Source: an uncultured bacterium (GTDB taxonomy: Bacteria; Patescibacteriota; Minisyncoccia; Phycocordibacterales; GWA1-40-21). From it: a stretch of 64,000 nucleotides of DNA. The position numbers and the translations under genes were made by a program. The notes beneath the pieces were generated by a model. That model was not told the origin of the DNA, searched no databases, and saw nothing but the letters and a program-made list of their open reading frames with translations. The stretch spans positions 181,356 through 245,355 of the forward strand of contig CAWJAN010000001.1 of the NCBI GenBank assembly GCA_963840885.1, read 5' to 3'. Every line of letters begins with the position of its first letter. The first letter of the stretch is position 1. Positions 53,622-62,594 of this stretch are shown in pieces.

Positions 53622-54707
53622 TTACACGATAGCATTCGTAACTGCCGGATGCGCTTTCAGATACTTGCTTATATGCTCATAAAATGCCAAACGGCTGCCG
53701 CAATATGCATAATGCGGAGAAATGTCGCCATCGTCGATACGGTGAGCAACGCAACCGTTATGGCAAAATGTCTGCATGGGACATAACTTGCACTTATCAG
53801 GCATTCTAAACGTTTGCTCTGAGAATACCCTGTGTTCTTGTGATTCAAGAACTTCAGCAAAAGATTTTGCCTCAGTTATTTGTCCAAAACACACAGATCT
53901 TCCTAAGCGTTCGCATGGATAAACTTTGCCATCATAATCTACGAGCATCCAACTGGAACAAGTCCCGCGAAAGGTACACAACTGAGCAGCACGGTTCCTG
54001 GTCCAAGCTAGAATTCCATCTATTTCACGCACCCGTATATCCGGACGATCAAGTGAGATCCATTCTTCAAAGATATTCTTTAAAAAATTAGTCCACGCAT
54101 CGTCACTTATAGCAAACTTATCGCGTTCAAAATCTGTAGCTGTATTGTAAAAGGCATTGAACGCAATGCTTGTAAAACCAGATTCGACTAGTCCGCGAAG
54201 CATTTCTGCTCCGCGTTCCGAATTGCGTTTTGTTACAACACAGATAACTGATGGTTTTATTCCTGACTCACGAAGAATTCTTACGCCGTTCATTACTCTT
54301 GAATATGAACCGTGACCATAAAAACTTACCCTGTCAGCATCGTGCGTTTGGGAAATTCCATCAACACTAACACCAACCTTGAAATCATTGGAAAGTAAGA
54401 AATCAGCCCATTCGCGATTTATAAGTGTCGCATTAGTCTGAATCGTATTTTTCCACTGCTTATCTGGATGTTTTCTTTGAAGCTGAATCACTTCTTTGAA
54501 AAAATCTAGGCCGGCTAACGTTGGTTCTCCGCCAAGCCAATGCATTCGTTGGATTTTCTGTGGCAACTGTGCCAAAGAATTTATGAGTGCTTTAAGAATT
54601 TCATAAGGCATAATGCGTTTACTGCCCTGATCAAAATCACGATCACGGCAATATGTACATCGAAGATTACAAAAATCTCCAACTATTTTAGCTTGAATTG
54701 CTGGCAT
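53622..54707 (-). CDS. Radical SAM / SPASM-domain peptide-modifying enzyme (anSME-family maturase)
   Basis: CNLRCTYC (CxxxCxxC radical-SAM cluster) at residues 13-20. The C-terminal Cys cluster CERLGRSVCFG...CKLCPMQTFCHNGCVAHR is typical of SPASM/twitch auxiliary [4Fe-4S] domains. Confidence 0.85.
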   Translation of the reverse strand: MPAIQAKIVGDFCNLRCTYCRDRDFDQGSKRIMPYEILKALINSLAQLPQKIQRMHWLGGEPTLAGLDFFKEVIQLQRKHPDKQWKNTIQTNATLINREWADFLLSNDFKVGVSVDGISQTHDADRVSFYGHGSYSRVMNGVRILRESGIKPSVICVVTKRNSERGAEMLRGLVESGFTSIAFNAFYNTATDFERDKFAISDDAWTNFLKNIFEEWISLDRPDIRVREIDGILAWTRNRAAQLCTFRGTCSSWMLVDYDGKVYPCERLGRSVCFGQITEAKSFAEVLESQEHRVFSEQTFRMPDKCKLCPMQTFCHNGCVAHRIDDGDISPHYAYCGSRLAFYEHISKYLKAHPAVTNAIV

Positions 54708-55008
54708 TTTAGTTCACCACCTTTCATTATTTAAAAGAACTTAGGAAAAAACTCTTTGGATGTGCCTAAATATTCAAGCTTACCGAAAGAGTTATTTTCT
54801 GATTCAATTTTAACAATCAATTTAATCTTGTCAAACCGTGGTTCAAAAACCCTTTATTTATGGCCCTAAAATTGGCTTATCCACAGGGATTTGACTTTTT
54901 ATTATTTAATAGTATAATATTGACAAGGCTAAAGAGTTGTTCTTTAGTTAAGTTGTACCTTCAAAACTTAATACTACGACTACAAATAAATTTCCGAGGA
55001 GGAAAATT

Positions 55009-55764
55009 ATGAAGAGAATTATGCTTTTGCTGCTTCTGATTCTCCCGGTTGTCTTTCTTTCCGCCTCGTGCGCTCAGAAAGATAATCCGGCTGGACCAGG
55101 TCCGAGTAATACGCCGACGGCAACGCCGGTGGTAAGTGCAACGCCAAGCGTTTCAGCCACTGCTACGCCCACCACTACGGTGACGTACAGTGTCCGAGTT
55201 CAGATGAGCGGTGATTTCACCGCTGCTGGTGGAATTGATGTGAATTCCTTAGATGGGATACATCATTTTTCCACTTCGCCGTTTTCCTACGATGCGACCT
55301 TTACAAGGGTCTATTCAGCGGCAACGACGCTCCATCTGTCTTGTGATACCACTGATGGGACATATACCATGAACAATGCCGTGATAACGGTATCGTTCAA
55401 TGGAGTAGAGTGGGCACCCACTTTACCCTACGTCCTGACAAATGGTAATTACCTCGGTTTAGAAGGTCCTATCCCAGCAAGCTTGACGGTAGTCAATACC
55501 GGCTCGCCTGTCGATGTCTATTACACGGATACTGGGTCTTCAGGAACTTCTTGGTGGTTAGCAAACGGCTGGACCATGGGTGTCGTTACCGCTGGTCCTG
55601 TTACGTCTCCGACGTATCAGTTCTATAGCGGAGATATGGCACGTCTGGTGACGTGCACCGGCGGTGGCGGATGCAATGATACCGCAACCATTTATGCCGG
55701 AGGCTCCCCAGTAACAACCAACACCTACCTTTACGGAAATGATATCAGTTATACCATTCCGTAA
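55009..55764 (+). CDS. Predicted lipoprotein, Thr/Pro-rich (paralogue of 50983-51972)
   Basis: Lipobox LSASCAQ, then NPAGPGPS and a T/P/A-rich linker and a beta-rich C-terminal domain. Confidence 0.55.
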   Translation: MKRIMLLLLLILPVVFLSASCAQKDNPAGPGPSNTPTATPVVSATPSVSATATPTTTVTYSVRVQMSGDFTAAGGIDVNSLDGIHHFSTSPFSYDATFTRVYSAATTLHLSCDTTDGTYTMNNAVITVSFNGVEWAPTLPYVLTNGNYLGLEGPIPASLTVVNTGSPVDVYYTDTGSSGTSWWLANGWTMGVVTAGPVTSPTYQFYSGDMARLVTCTGGGGCNDTATIYAGGSPVTTNTYLYGNDISYTIP

Positions 55765-55791
55765 AAATAAAAGTCGTAAGTTTTAGTTTCA

Positions 55792-55830
55792 AAAAGGCCC
55801 TGTATCGAAAGATACAGGGCCTATTTTTTA
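55792..55830. terminator. Bidirectional rho-independent terminator
   Basis: aaaaggccctgtatc-gaaa-gatacagggcctatttttt. Confidence 0.65.
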
Positions 55831-55834
55831 TATT

Positions 55835-56467
55835 TTAATTCACAATGTAAGGATTGTTCGAGTAGTTGTATATATAATCCTCGAGGTTTATGTAGTTTTG
55901 TGATGGATTGATTCCCCATTCTACTCTTATACGCACCAGGGCTTCCCCTGGAGTTGTGGTAGTAGAAATATTCAGATATCGGTTAAAACCTGATGGTATT
56001 CCTTGTGATAAATTATAATTTACAAAATTTCCTTGCGGATCATTTGTTATTCTTAATGTATGGGCAATCTGAGTTTTATTGATGGCATTAGAAAGATTTA
56101 ACTGAGTTGTATCTATATTGCAAGATTTTTTTCTTGTCTGAATATTTACCGTATCTAAACTACATGCACTCTCGTTTCCAACACAAAAACAAGAATAGCC
56201 GTCACCGCTATCAGCAAACGGCCAGAGCCAAAACGTATTAGTCGTAGCATTCGAAAGCGCCACTTCATCGCGGATATTTTTTACCGCTTCCATGGCATCC
56301 TGCGCCATGTATGCGGCAATCATCTGGTCTGTGGACTGCGTGGCCGACTGAGTTCCCCTCTGCGCCAAGCTCATAGGCCCGGCGATGGCGACCATAAGAA
56401 TGGAAATCGCCACAAGCGCTTCTACAAGCGTGAATCCTTTTATTTTTTTGCTGAATGTTTTTTTCAT
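55835..56467 (-). CDS. Type IV pilin-like protein (minor pilin/pseudopilin)
   Basis: Prepilin leader and N-methylation site MKKTFSKKIKG|FTLVEALVAISIL (G/FTLxE with Glu+5). I chose the internal start. The ORF-track extension to 56539 overlaps the upstream pilin gene. Confidence 0.75.
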   Translation of the reverse strand: MKKTFSKKIKGFTLVEALVAISILMVAIAGPMSLAQRGTQSATQSTDQMIAAYMAQDAMEAVKNIRDEVALSNATTNTFWLWPFADSGDGYSCFCVGNESACSLDTVNIQTRKKSCNIDTTQLNLSNAINKTQIAHTLRITNDPQGNFVNYNLSQGIPSGFNRYLNISTTTTPGEALVRIRVEWGINPSQNYINLEDYIYNYSNNPYIVN

Positions 56468-56492
56468 AATAAAATTTATTAAATGCTGGGGT

Positions 56493-57131
56493 TTATCTCG
56501 ATCTCTGAGAAATCGTCGTCTGAAGGGCAAAGGTGACATTTCCGATTTTGGACTCGACGGAACCCTGAAGCGTTATCAAGACTCTCGGCTGTGTGCCGGC
56601 ATCAATGGAAGGATCAGAATTATAAACATAAAACTTCATGCTGGTTATGTTCACCGTCGATGTCGGAGCGGTCAGGCTCTGCCATGCTCCTGTCTGAGCG
56701 CAATTGAAATTGCTTTTCGTGGCATCGCACATCTGTATATTGCCGTCGCCCGCTGAAAGCATCGAGGATGGAACGAATTTGTAATATATAACATCTCCGG
56801 GAACCAGATTGCCGAGCGCATCCAAAGACGGAGTCGCCGTGTATACGATGCCTGTTCCGCCACTTGTGCAATCGGTATTTTGAGTGAAAGAATTGCTGTC
56901 CGCGGAACATCCATAATGCGTGCCTGTCCTCATATCCCTTGAAATGCTGTCTAATGCGAAGGAAACATTGTCCACGACAGTCTTTATAGCTTCATTTTTT
57001 TTATTGGTATTTATAACCGTAAACAAAGCACCTACGGAAATGACCATGACAGACATGAAAACAGCGATGGCGACAAGCATCTCTACAAGAGTAAAACCTT
57101 TATTCTTTTTTATGAAACTATCTTTGAACAT
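56493..57131 (-). CDS. Type IV pilin-like protein (minor pilin/pseudopilin)
   Basis: MFKDSFIKKNKG|FTLVEMLVAIAVF is a class III signal peptide with Glu+5. Confidence 0.75.
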   Translation of the reverse strand: MFKDSFIKKNKGFTLVEMLVAIAVFMSVMVISVGALFTVINTNKKNEAIKTVVDNVSFALDSISRDMRTGTHYGCSADSNSFTQNTDCTSGGTGIVYTATPSLDALGNLVPGDVIYYKFVPSSMLSAGDGNIQMCDATKSNFNCAQTGAWQSLTAPTSTVNITSMKFYVYNSDPSIDAGTQPRVLITLQGSVESKIGNVTFALQTTISQRSR

Positions 57132-57774
57132 AAATTTGTCCGAGTCCCGTTACCACAATGCTTGATGTCGCACCATCAGCGGAAGAAACAGTAATTTTTG
57201 CATAATTTTGGGCTTTTGTCGTGTTGCCGCCGGCATCCGTATATATAAGGGCGTTCGGAGAAGGCCTTTTGAAAATTATATATAAATCGTTTGCCGGCCC
57301 GAGAATATTGTTCTTGCAATCCGTTTCATTATCCCCTACGCATATCTGTGATATGAAAAAACCGTTTTTTACATTGTATTTTTGGATGCATTGCAAATCG
57401 TTTATCGTGCATTGGAACGAGGTGTTGTTATTTGAGATATCAAAATACGGCCAAGCGGTTATCGTATCGGGAACGGAAAAAACCATGAAGCTGTCATTGC
57501 CAAGATTGGACGGGCTGAAATATACTCCATACGAAGGGAAAGATGATGTGTGTATGGATTCCTGCACTCCAGATCCGTATACTTGTGTCTGCCTGATGGT
57601 CAAAGACATATCATATACGAGATTATTTAGAAGTATGGAATTATTGAATCCGCCTTGCGTAAAAAGCACAACCGTAGTGAGTAAAACGAAAATGACTATG
57701 GTTACCATGAGCTCTATGAGTGTAAATCCCTTTTTCAATCCGGCTCTTTTTTTATTTTTTAGAAAATGTTTCAT
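57118..57774 (-). CDS. Type IV pilin-like protein (minor pilin/pseudopilin)
   Basis: MKHFLKNKKRAGLKKG|FTLIELMVTIVIF is a class III signal peptide with Glu+5. Confidence 0.75.
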   Translation of the reverse strand: MKHFLKNKKRAGLKKGFTLIELMVTIVIFVLLTTVVLFTQGGFNNSILLNNLVYDMSLTIRQTQVYGSGVQESIHTSSFPSYGVYFSPSNLGNDSFMVFSVPDTITAWPYFDISNNNTSFQCTINDLQCIQKYNVKNGFFISQICVGDNETDCKNNILGPANDLYIIFKRPSPNALIYTDAGGNTTKAQNYAKITVSSADGATSSIVVTGLGQIYVQR

Positions 57775-57784
57775 ACAAAAATTT

Positions 57785-58573
57785 TTAAAAACCTATGAGG
57801 CTTCCGAGATTCCATCCTGTGATTATCTGGAGCAAGACCCCGAGAGCTATGAACGGAGCAAAAGGTATCTCGCTCTTAATCGTGATATGATGGCGCTTCA
57901 GAATTTTAAGCTTCTCAAACGCAATCAGGATAAGGCTCCATATGGCACCTATCCAGAAAGCGGAGATTATAGCAAAAATTCCGCCGGAAAATCCCAGCAT
58001 CCATCCGACTCCGAGAGCAAGCTTTGCGTCGCCGAAGCCCATCCATCTGCCTTCCGACACGAGCCATAATGCCCCGAAAAAAGCGAATAGGATTATTCCT
58101 CCAAGAAAATCCATGCCGGCCTGGCCGGAAAAAATATTCAGGAATCCGTAGCTGAAGAATATTATAAGGGCGGCAATGGCATTGAAAGGATAAACGAATC
58201 CGTCAGGAATTATCTTGTGTCCCAAATCGTATGCGGTTATGACTATGAGTAATGATGCTGCCAAAAGATAAAGTATGAGTATCCAAGAAAATCCTATCTG
58301 CCAGAAAAGCGCCGCGTATGAAAGGCCGGTAAAAAACTCAATCCAGAAATATTGGGCGGATATCTTGCTATTGCAGTTCAGGCATCTTCCTTTCAAAAAA
58401 ATAAAGCTCCACAGAGGCACAAGCTCATACCAAAAAAGGTGCTTGCCGCAGCTCAGGCATTTTGACCTGCCGCTCATGAAAGACATGTTCGTGTTGTAGC
58501 GGAAAACGACTACATTTAAGAAGCTTCCTATTATGGTGCCGAATATGAAAAAAATTATAATGTTGAACAGCAT
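57785..58573 (-). CDS. pilD: Prepilin peptidase (A24 family; leader peptidase/N-methyltransferase)
   Basis: N-terminal Zn-binding CxxC...CxxC (CLSCGKHL...CLNCNSKI). Eight TM helices. Conserved Asp-containing segments (AYDLGHKIIPD ... GFGDAKL). Confidence 0.88.
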   Translation of the reverse strand: MLFNIIIFFIFGTIIGSFLNVVVFRYNTNMSFMSGRSKCLSCGKHLFWYELVPLWSFIFLKGRCLNCNSKISAQYFWIEFFTGLSYAALFWQIGFSWILILYLLAASLLIVITAYDLGHKIIPDGFVYPFNAIAALIIFFSYGFLNIFSGQAGMDFLGGIILFAFFGALWLVSEGRWMGFGDAKLALGVGWMLGFSGGIFAIISAFWIGAIWSLILIAFEKLKILKRHHITIKSEIPFAPFIALGVLLQIITGWNLGSLIGF

Positions 58574-58580
58574 TTTTATT

Positions 58581-59102
58581 TTACAAAGGCATTACATCGT
58601 AAATCTTCGGATTGGAAGACGCGTCGACTCTCTGGCTTTCATCGGCTCCGGAGCACTCCAGAAAATTCGTTCCTCCGTCATCAGTTGAAGTTATGCCTGT
58701 GGAATCCAGGCCTTTTTTCTGCAAAAGAATCTGGTTGTTTGTTTCGAGCGTAGTCCAGAGCTGATAAAAAGTGCAATATGTGTTAAAAGACGATGAGCTG
58801 TCTTTTGCCACAAGCGGAAAATATCCGTACGGACTTTGGGTGGACGGATCGGCAGGAACGGACGGCAAAAATCCAGCGGTAACCAAATCTTGCAAAGCCG
58901 GAGGATACTGGTGATTCTTATTGTAATACTCTTCAAGGGAAAGCTTGATGAGGCTTATGTCGGATATTCTGGTGCTATCCCTTCCCTGCGCCTTCGAAGC
59001 GTCAAAAGCGGAATAGGTAATGGTAGTGAGTATGCCTATGATTGCAACTACGACCAGAATCTCTATCAAAGTGAAGCCTTTTTGTTTTTTAAAACGCAAC
59101 AT
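58581..59102 (-). CDS. Type IV pilin-like protein
   Basis: MLRFKKQKG|FTLIEILVVVAIIGIL is a class III signal peptide with Glu+5. Confidence 0.75.
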   Translation of the reverse strand: MLRFKKQKGFTLIEILVVVAIIGILTTITYSAFDASKAQGRDSTRISDISLIKLSLEEYYNKNHQYPPALQDLVTAGFLPSVPADPSTQSPYGYFPLVAKDSSSSFNTYCTFYQLWTTLETNNQILLQKKGLDSTGITSTDDGGTNFLECSGADESQRVDASSNPKIYDVMPL

Positions 59103-59137
59103 TATTCTTTGATTATACCAATCATTGCCATAAAAAA

Positions 59138-59162
59138 CAAAAACCCCTTGCGGGGCTTTTGT
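59138..59162 (-). terminator. Rho-independent terminator after the major-pilin gene
   Basis: ccccttgcgggg hairpin with a T-run on the minus strand (plus strand aaaaacaaaaaccccttgcggggctttt). Confidence 0.5.
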
Positions 59163-59184
59163 TAATAAAATCCGTTAAGAGATT

Positions 59185-59598
59185 CTATTGGCAATCAGTC
59201 GATGAGGCAACATTGGCTGTTGTGCCTTTTGAAGCACCTGAGCTTCCAGCACACCAGTATGTGTCGCTTCCTTCGGCAACCTTGAGAGGCGCTGAAGCTG
59301 ACCAATCATTTGCGGTAGCAATACACATGCCTGCACCACCTCCTGTTGAAGTGGCATTTGCAAACATATTTGCAAATGTCGTATCACCGCACAAGCCTGT
59401 ATAGCTGTTTGGTGTTTGGCTGCTGTAATACAATTCTCCTTGGGCTCTCATAGAGGCCAATTCTGATTTGACTGCAGCATTTGCACCCTTTGCTCTTGCG
59501 GAGTTAAGCGATGCCAAGACCACCGATGAAAGAATACCGATGATGGCGATAACCACCAAAAGTTCGATCAATGTAAAACCTTTTTGATATTTTCTCAT
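59185..59598 (-). CDS. pilA: Type IV major pilin candidate (PilA-like)
   Basis: MRKYQKG|FTLIELLVVIAIIGILSSVVLASL. 137 aa. A C-terminal Cys pair (CAGSSGASKGTTANVASSTDC) looks like a D-region disulfide. It has its own downstream terminator. Confidence 0.72.
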   Translation of the reverse strand: MRKYQKGFTLIELLVVIAIIGILSSVVLASLNSARAKGANAAVKSELASMRAQGELYYSSQTPNSYTGLCGDTTFANMFANATSTGGGAGMCIATANDWSASAPLKVAEGSDTYWCAGSSGASKGTTANVASSTDCQ

Positions 59599-59837
59599 AA
59601 AGTGTTTAATTCCTATCGATAAAAATTAACTTTGATAAACGCTTTTTCAAAACCAATCCGCTTGCTCAAGGCGGATAAAATTTGAAAAACTGATTTTTCG
59701 CGAAAAATCAGAAAGCTTGCCTGTAATTATAGCGTATATTTTTTCAAAAATGAAAAGCTGTCATGTGGATAAGAGAAAATGCGGCGCCGTAAGGCGCCGC
59801 ATTTTTACTTTCTACTCAGAACTTTATTAACTTAATC

Positions 59838-61046
59838 TTATGCTCCTGCCGATATGGAATAAATAGGAACGAGAACGGCAGCCATGAGGAAAGCCACACC
59901 AAGACCTAAGATCACTATCATTGAAGGTTCGATAAGGCCGACTATGGAATCTATGGAGTTGGTGACTTCCCTGTTATAAAAACTTGCGAGAGTCTTGAGG
60001 ATATTGCCGAGCTGTCCTGTTTCTTCGCCTATCTTCACCATCTGCACGAATATTCCCGGAATCTCTTTGTGCTTGCCGAGAGCTTCGGAAACGGAACTTC
60101 CGGATTTAACATCCTCTTCAGTTCTCTGCATGATTGATTTGAAAACGCTGTTTCCTACGATGCTTGAAGTTATGTCGAGAACTCTGACCATAGGTATTCC
60201 GGAGACGATCATAGTATTCATATTATCGGCTATTCTTGCCAGATACAATTTCAGATATAAATCTTTTACCAAAGGGACGCTGATTTTAGCTTCATCATAA
60301 GACATCTTTCCGGCATTGGTTTTCAGATATCTCCAAAGGAAAAAACCGGCGATTACGAGAGCTATCAGAAGTATGATTCCGTAATTGACAAAAAAACTTG
60401 AAATACCGAGAACCACCTGCGTATAAAACGGTATAGCCTGGCCGGATTGGGTAAGAATATCGCTTATCTTAGGTATTACGAAAGTAAGCATAAGAATCAT
60501 GACTACGATAAAAGTGCATACGACAAATGCGGGATAGATAAGTGCTGTTTCCACTTTTGATGTTACTTCGTAAGTCCTGTCGAGATAATCGGCCAGATAC
60601 ATGAATGTCTGGTCGAGCTTTCCCGATTCTTCTCCGGATTTGACCATGTTTATATAGAAATCAGAAAATGCTTCCGGATGCTTTGATAGCGCCGTGGAGA
60701 TGGGGGTTCCTCCTTGAAGATCGTCGGCTACTTCTTTGAGTATTCTTCGCAAAATCGGCTTTTCCGACTGCGCGGCAAGAAGCTGAAAAACTCTTAGAGC
60801 AGAAACCTGGGCTTCAAAAAGGGTGGAAATCTGTCTTGAAAGTATGACTACGTCCTTGTTTGAAACTCTGTCAAAAAAAGTTATGTTCTTTGACAAAAGC
60901 GATCCAGATTCTTCTTCCGGCTTTATAGTGACTATGGACAAGCCTCTTTTCTGCAAAGCGCTTATGGCCAAGTCAATATTCACTGCATCAACCGTCCCTT
61001 CTTTTGAAGCGCCTGTCTGATCCAATGCTTTGTATCTAAAAGTCAT
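59838..61046 (-). CDS. pilC: Type IV pilus assembly platform protein PilC (GspF family)
   Basis: 402 aa with two tandem T2SSF domains and three TM helices. Its position between pilT and the pilin genes supports the call. Confidence 0.88.
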   Translation of the reverse strand: MTFRYKALDQTGASKEGTVDAVNIDLAISALQKRGLSIVTIKPEEESGSLLSKNITFFDRVSNKDVVILSRQISTLFEAQVSALRVFQLLAAQSEKPILRRILKEVADDLQGGTPISTALSKHPEAFSDFYINMVKSGEESGKLDQTFMYLADYLDRTYEVTSKVETALIYPAFVVCTFIVVMILMLTFVIPKISDILTQSGQAIPFYTQVVLGISSFFVNYGIILLIALVIAGFFLWRYLKTNAGKMSYDEAKISVPLVKDLYLKLYLARIADNMNTMIVSGIPMVRVLDITSSIVGNSVFKSIMQRTEEDVKSGSSVSEALGKHKEIPGIFVQMVKIGEETGQLGNILKTLASFYNREVTNSIDSIVGLIEPSMIVILGLGVAFLMAAVLVPIYSISAGA

Positions 61047-61066
61047 ATTTTTATTTTAATCTTAAT

Positions 61067-62131
61067 TTATAGCATTCTCTGCAAAATCTTCGAATCCGTA
61101 GCATAAACATATGCATTCTCAACAGTTATTTCTCCCCTGGCAACAAGTTCCGCCAGGCTTCTGTTCATATCAACCATTCCTTCCTGCGAACTTGTTTCTA
61201 TGACTGAATTTATTTCATGAATCCTGTTTTCCCTGATGAGATTTGATACGGCATTATTATTCATCAAAAGTTCGTATGCAGGAATAAGGCCGCCGGAAAC
61301 TCTTGGAATAAGCCTTTGCGAAAGTATTCCCATCAAGCTTCCGGCCAGCTGGATTCTTATCTGTCCCTGCTGTTCGGCAGGAAAAGAATCTATGATTCTT
61401 GAAATTGTCTGCGCCGCGGAATTCGTATGAAGCGTGGAAAAAACCAAATGCCCGGTTTCCGCAGCGGTCACAGCTGTGCCTATGGTGTCTATCCCTCTCA
61501 TCTCTCCGATCATAGCCACATTTATGTCTTCCCTGAACATGCTCTGCAGGGCTGTAGGGAAATCTTTCGTATCAAGCCTTATTTCTCTCTGATCCACTAT
61601 GGATTTTTTCTGTTCGAAAACATACTCGATGGGATCTTCGATTGTTATTATATGTTCGGTTCTGGATTCATTTATCTCTTCTATCATTGCGGCGAGCGTA
61701 GTGGTTTTTCCATGGCCTATCGGTCCGACGACAAGGAAGAATCCCTGTGGCTTTTCAGTGAAAGATTTGAGTATGTCGGGAAGATTGAGCTCTTTGAAAT
61801 TCCTGATCTTTTTAGGAATGAGTCTCAGCGCTATGCCTATTTTCCCTTGCTGGAAGAAACAATTGCCCCTGAACCTGTTTCCGTTTTCTGCTCCGTAAGA
61901 AAAATCAAATTCTTTTTTATTCAGGAATTCATCAAAATTTTCCTTTCCTATGAGCTCGTTCAGAAGCCCTCTTACTTCATCTGAGCTGAATTCTTCTTTC
62001 TTTACAAGAGGAAGAAGAAGGCCTGTAACCCTTATTATGGGCTTTCTTCCTTCTCCTATGTGCAGGTCCGAAGCTCCTTCTTCTGAAACTATCTTGACCA
62101 GGTCATTTAATTCTTCTTTGTAATTCATCAA
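61067..62131 (-). CDS. pilT: Type IV pilus retraction ATPase PilT
   Basis: Walker A GPIGHGKTTT, Asp and His boxes. 354 aa is PilT-size, and it lacks the PilB N-terminal domains. Confidence 0.88.
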   Translation of the reverse strand: MMNYKEELNDLVKIVSEEGASDLHIGEGRKPIIRVTGLLLPLVKKEEFSSDEVRGLLNELIGKENFDEFLNKKEFDFSYGAENGNRFRGNCFFQQGKIGIALRLIPKKIRNFKELNLPDILKSFTEKPQGFFLVVGPIGHGKTTTLAAMIEEINESRTEHIITIEDPIEYVFEQKKSIVDQREIRLDTKDFPTALQSMFREDINVAMIGEMRGIDTIGTAVTAAETGHLVFSTLHTNSAAQTISRIIDSFPAEQQGQIRIQLAGSLMGILSQRLIPRVSGGLIPAYELLMNNNAVSNLIRENRIHEINSVIETSSQEGMVDMNRSLAELVARGEITVENAYVYATDSKILQRML

Positions 62132-62165
62132 TTTTTTGTTATTTTTTCGGTTAAAAATTTTCTGG

Positions 62166-62555
62166 CTACTCCATCGTCTTATCGTAAATCTTGAAAACTT
62201 CGTCTACGACTTCCGAAGGTATTGTGGTGGCCTTTATTATATAGCCGTTGAAGCCCATTTCTTTTGCCCTTTCTATGTCTGCCGATGTTCCTTGATTCGT
62301 CAAAATGACCGAGACCATGCTATTTACAAGATTTCCTTTCTTCATCTCGTCGTATATGGCGAAACCGTCCATATTCGGCATAACGAGATCAATTATCAGT
62401 ATATCGGGCTTGAAATCCCCTTTCAATATGGAAATTGCGTCCTGTCCGTTATCAGCCGTCTTGACGTCGCAATTATTTTTTTCAAACTTCATCGCATACA
62501 TGCCGAGAAGAAAGTTGTCGTCATCGACTATTAAAATCTTTTTCTTTTCTGCCAT
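62166..62555 (-). CDS. Single-domain response regulator (CheY-like receiver)
   Basis: KILIVDDDNFLLG, phospho-acceptor Asp in ILIIDLVMPNMDG, and conserved T/K later in the fold. It has no output domain and sits between pilT and pilB. Confidence 0.8.
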   Translation of the reverse strand: MAEKKKILIVDDDNFLLGMYAMKFEKNNCDVKTADNGQDAISILKGDFKPDILIIDLVMPNMDGFAIYDEMKKGNLVNSMVSVILTNQGTSADIERAKEMGFNGYIIKATTIPSEVVDEVFKIYDKTME

Positions 62556-62594
62556 AATTATACTCGGCTAATTATATCACTTATAAAGAACGAA

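Noticed and set aside
59770-59810. Hairpin gcggcgcc-gtaa-ggcgccgc between pilC and the major pilin gene as a strong terminator
   Set aside because: The T-run on the relevant (minus) strand is weak (attttctc). It is more likely a partial attenuator or RNA-stability element inside the pilus operon, so it is not listed as a feature.
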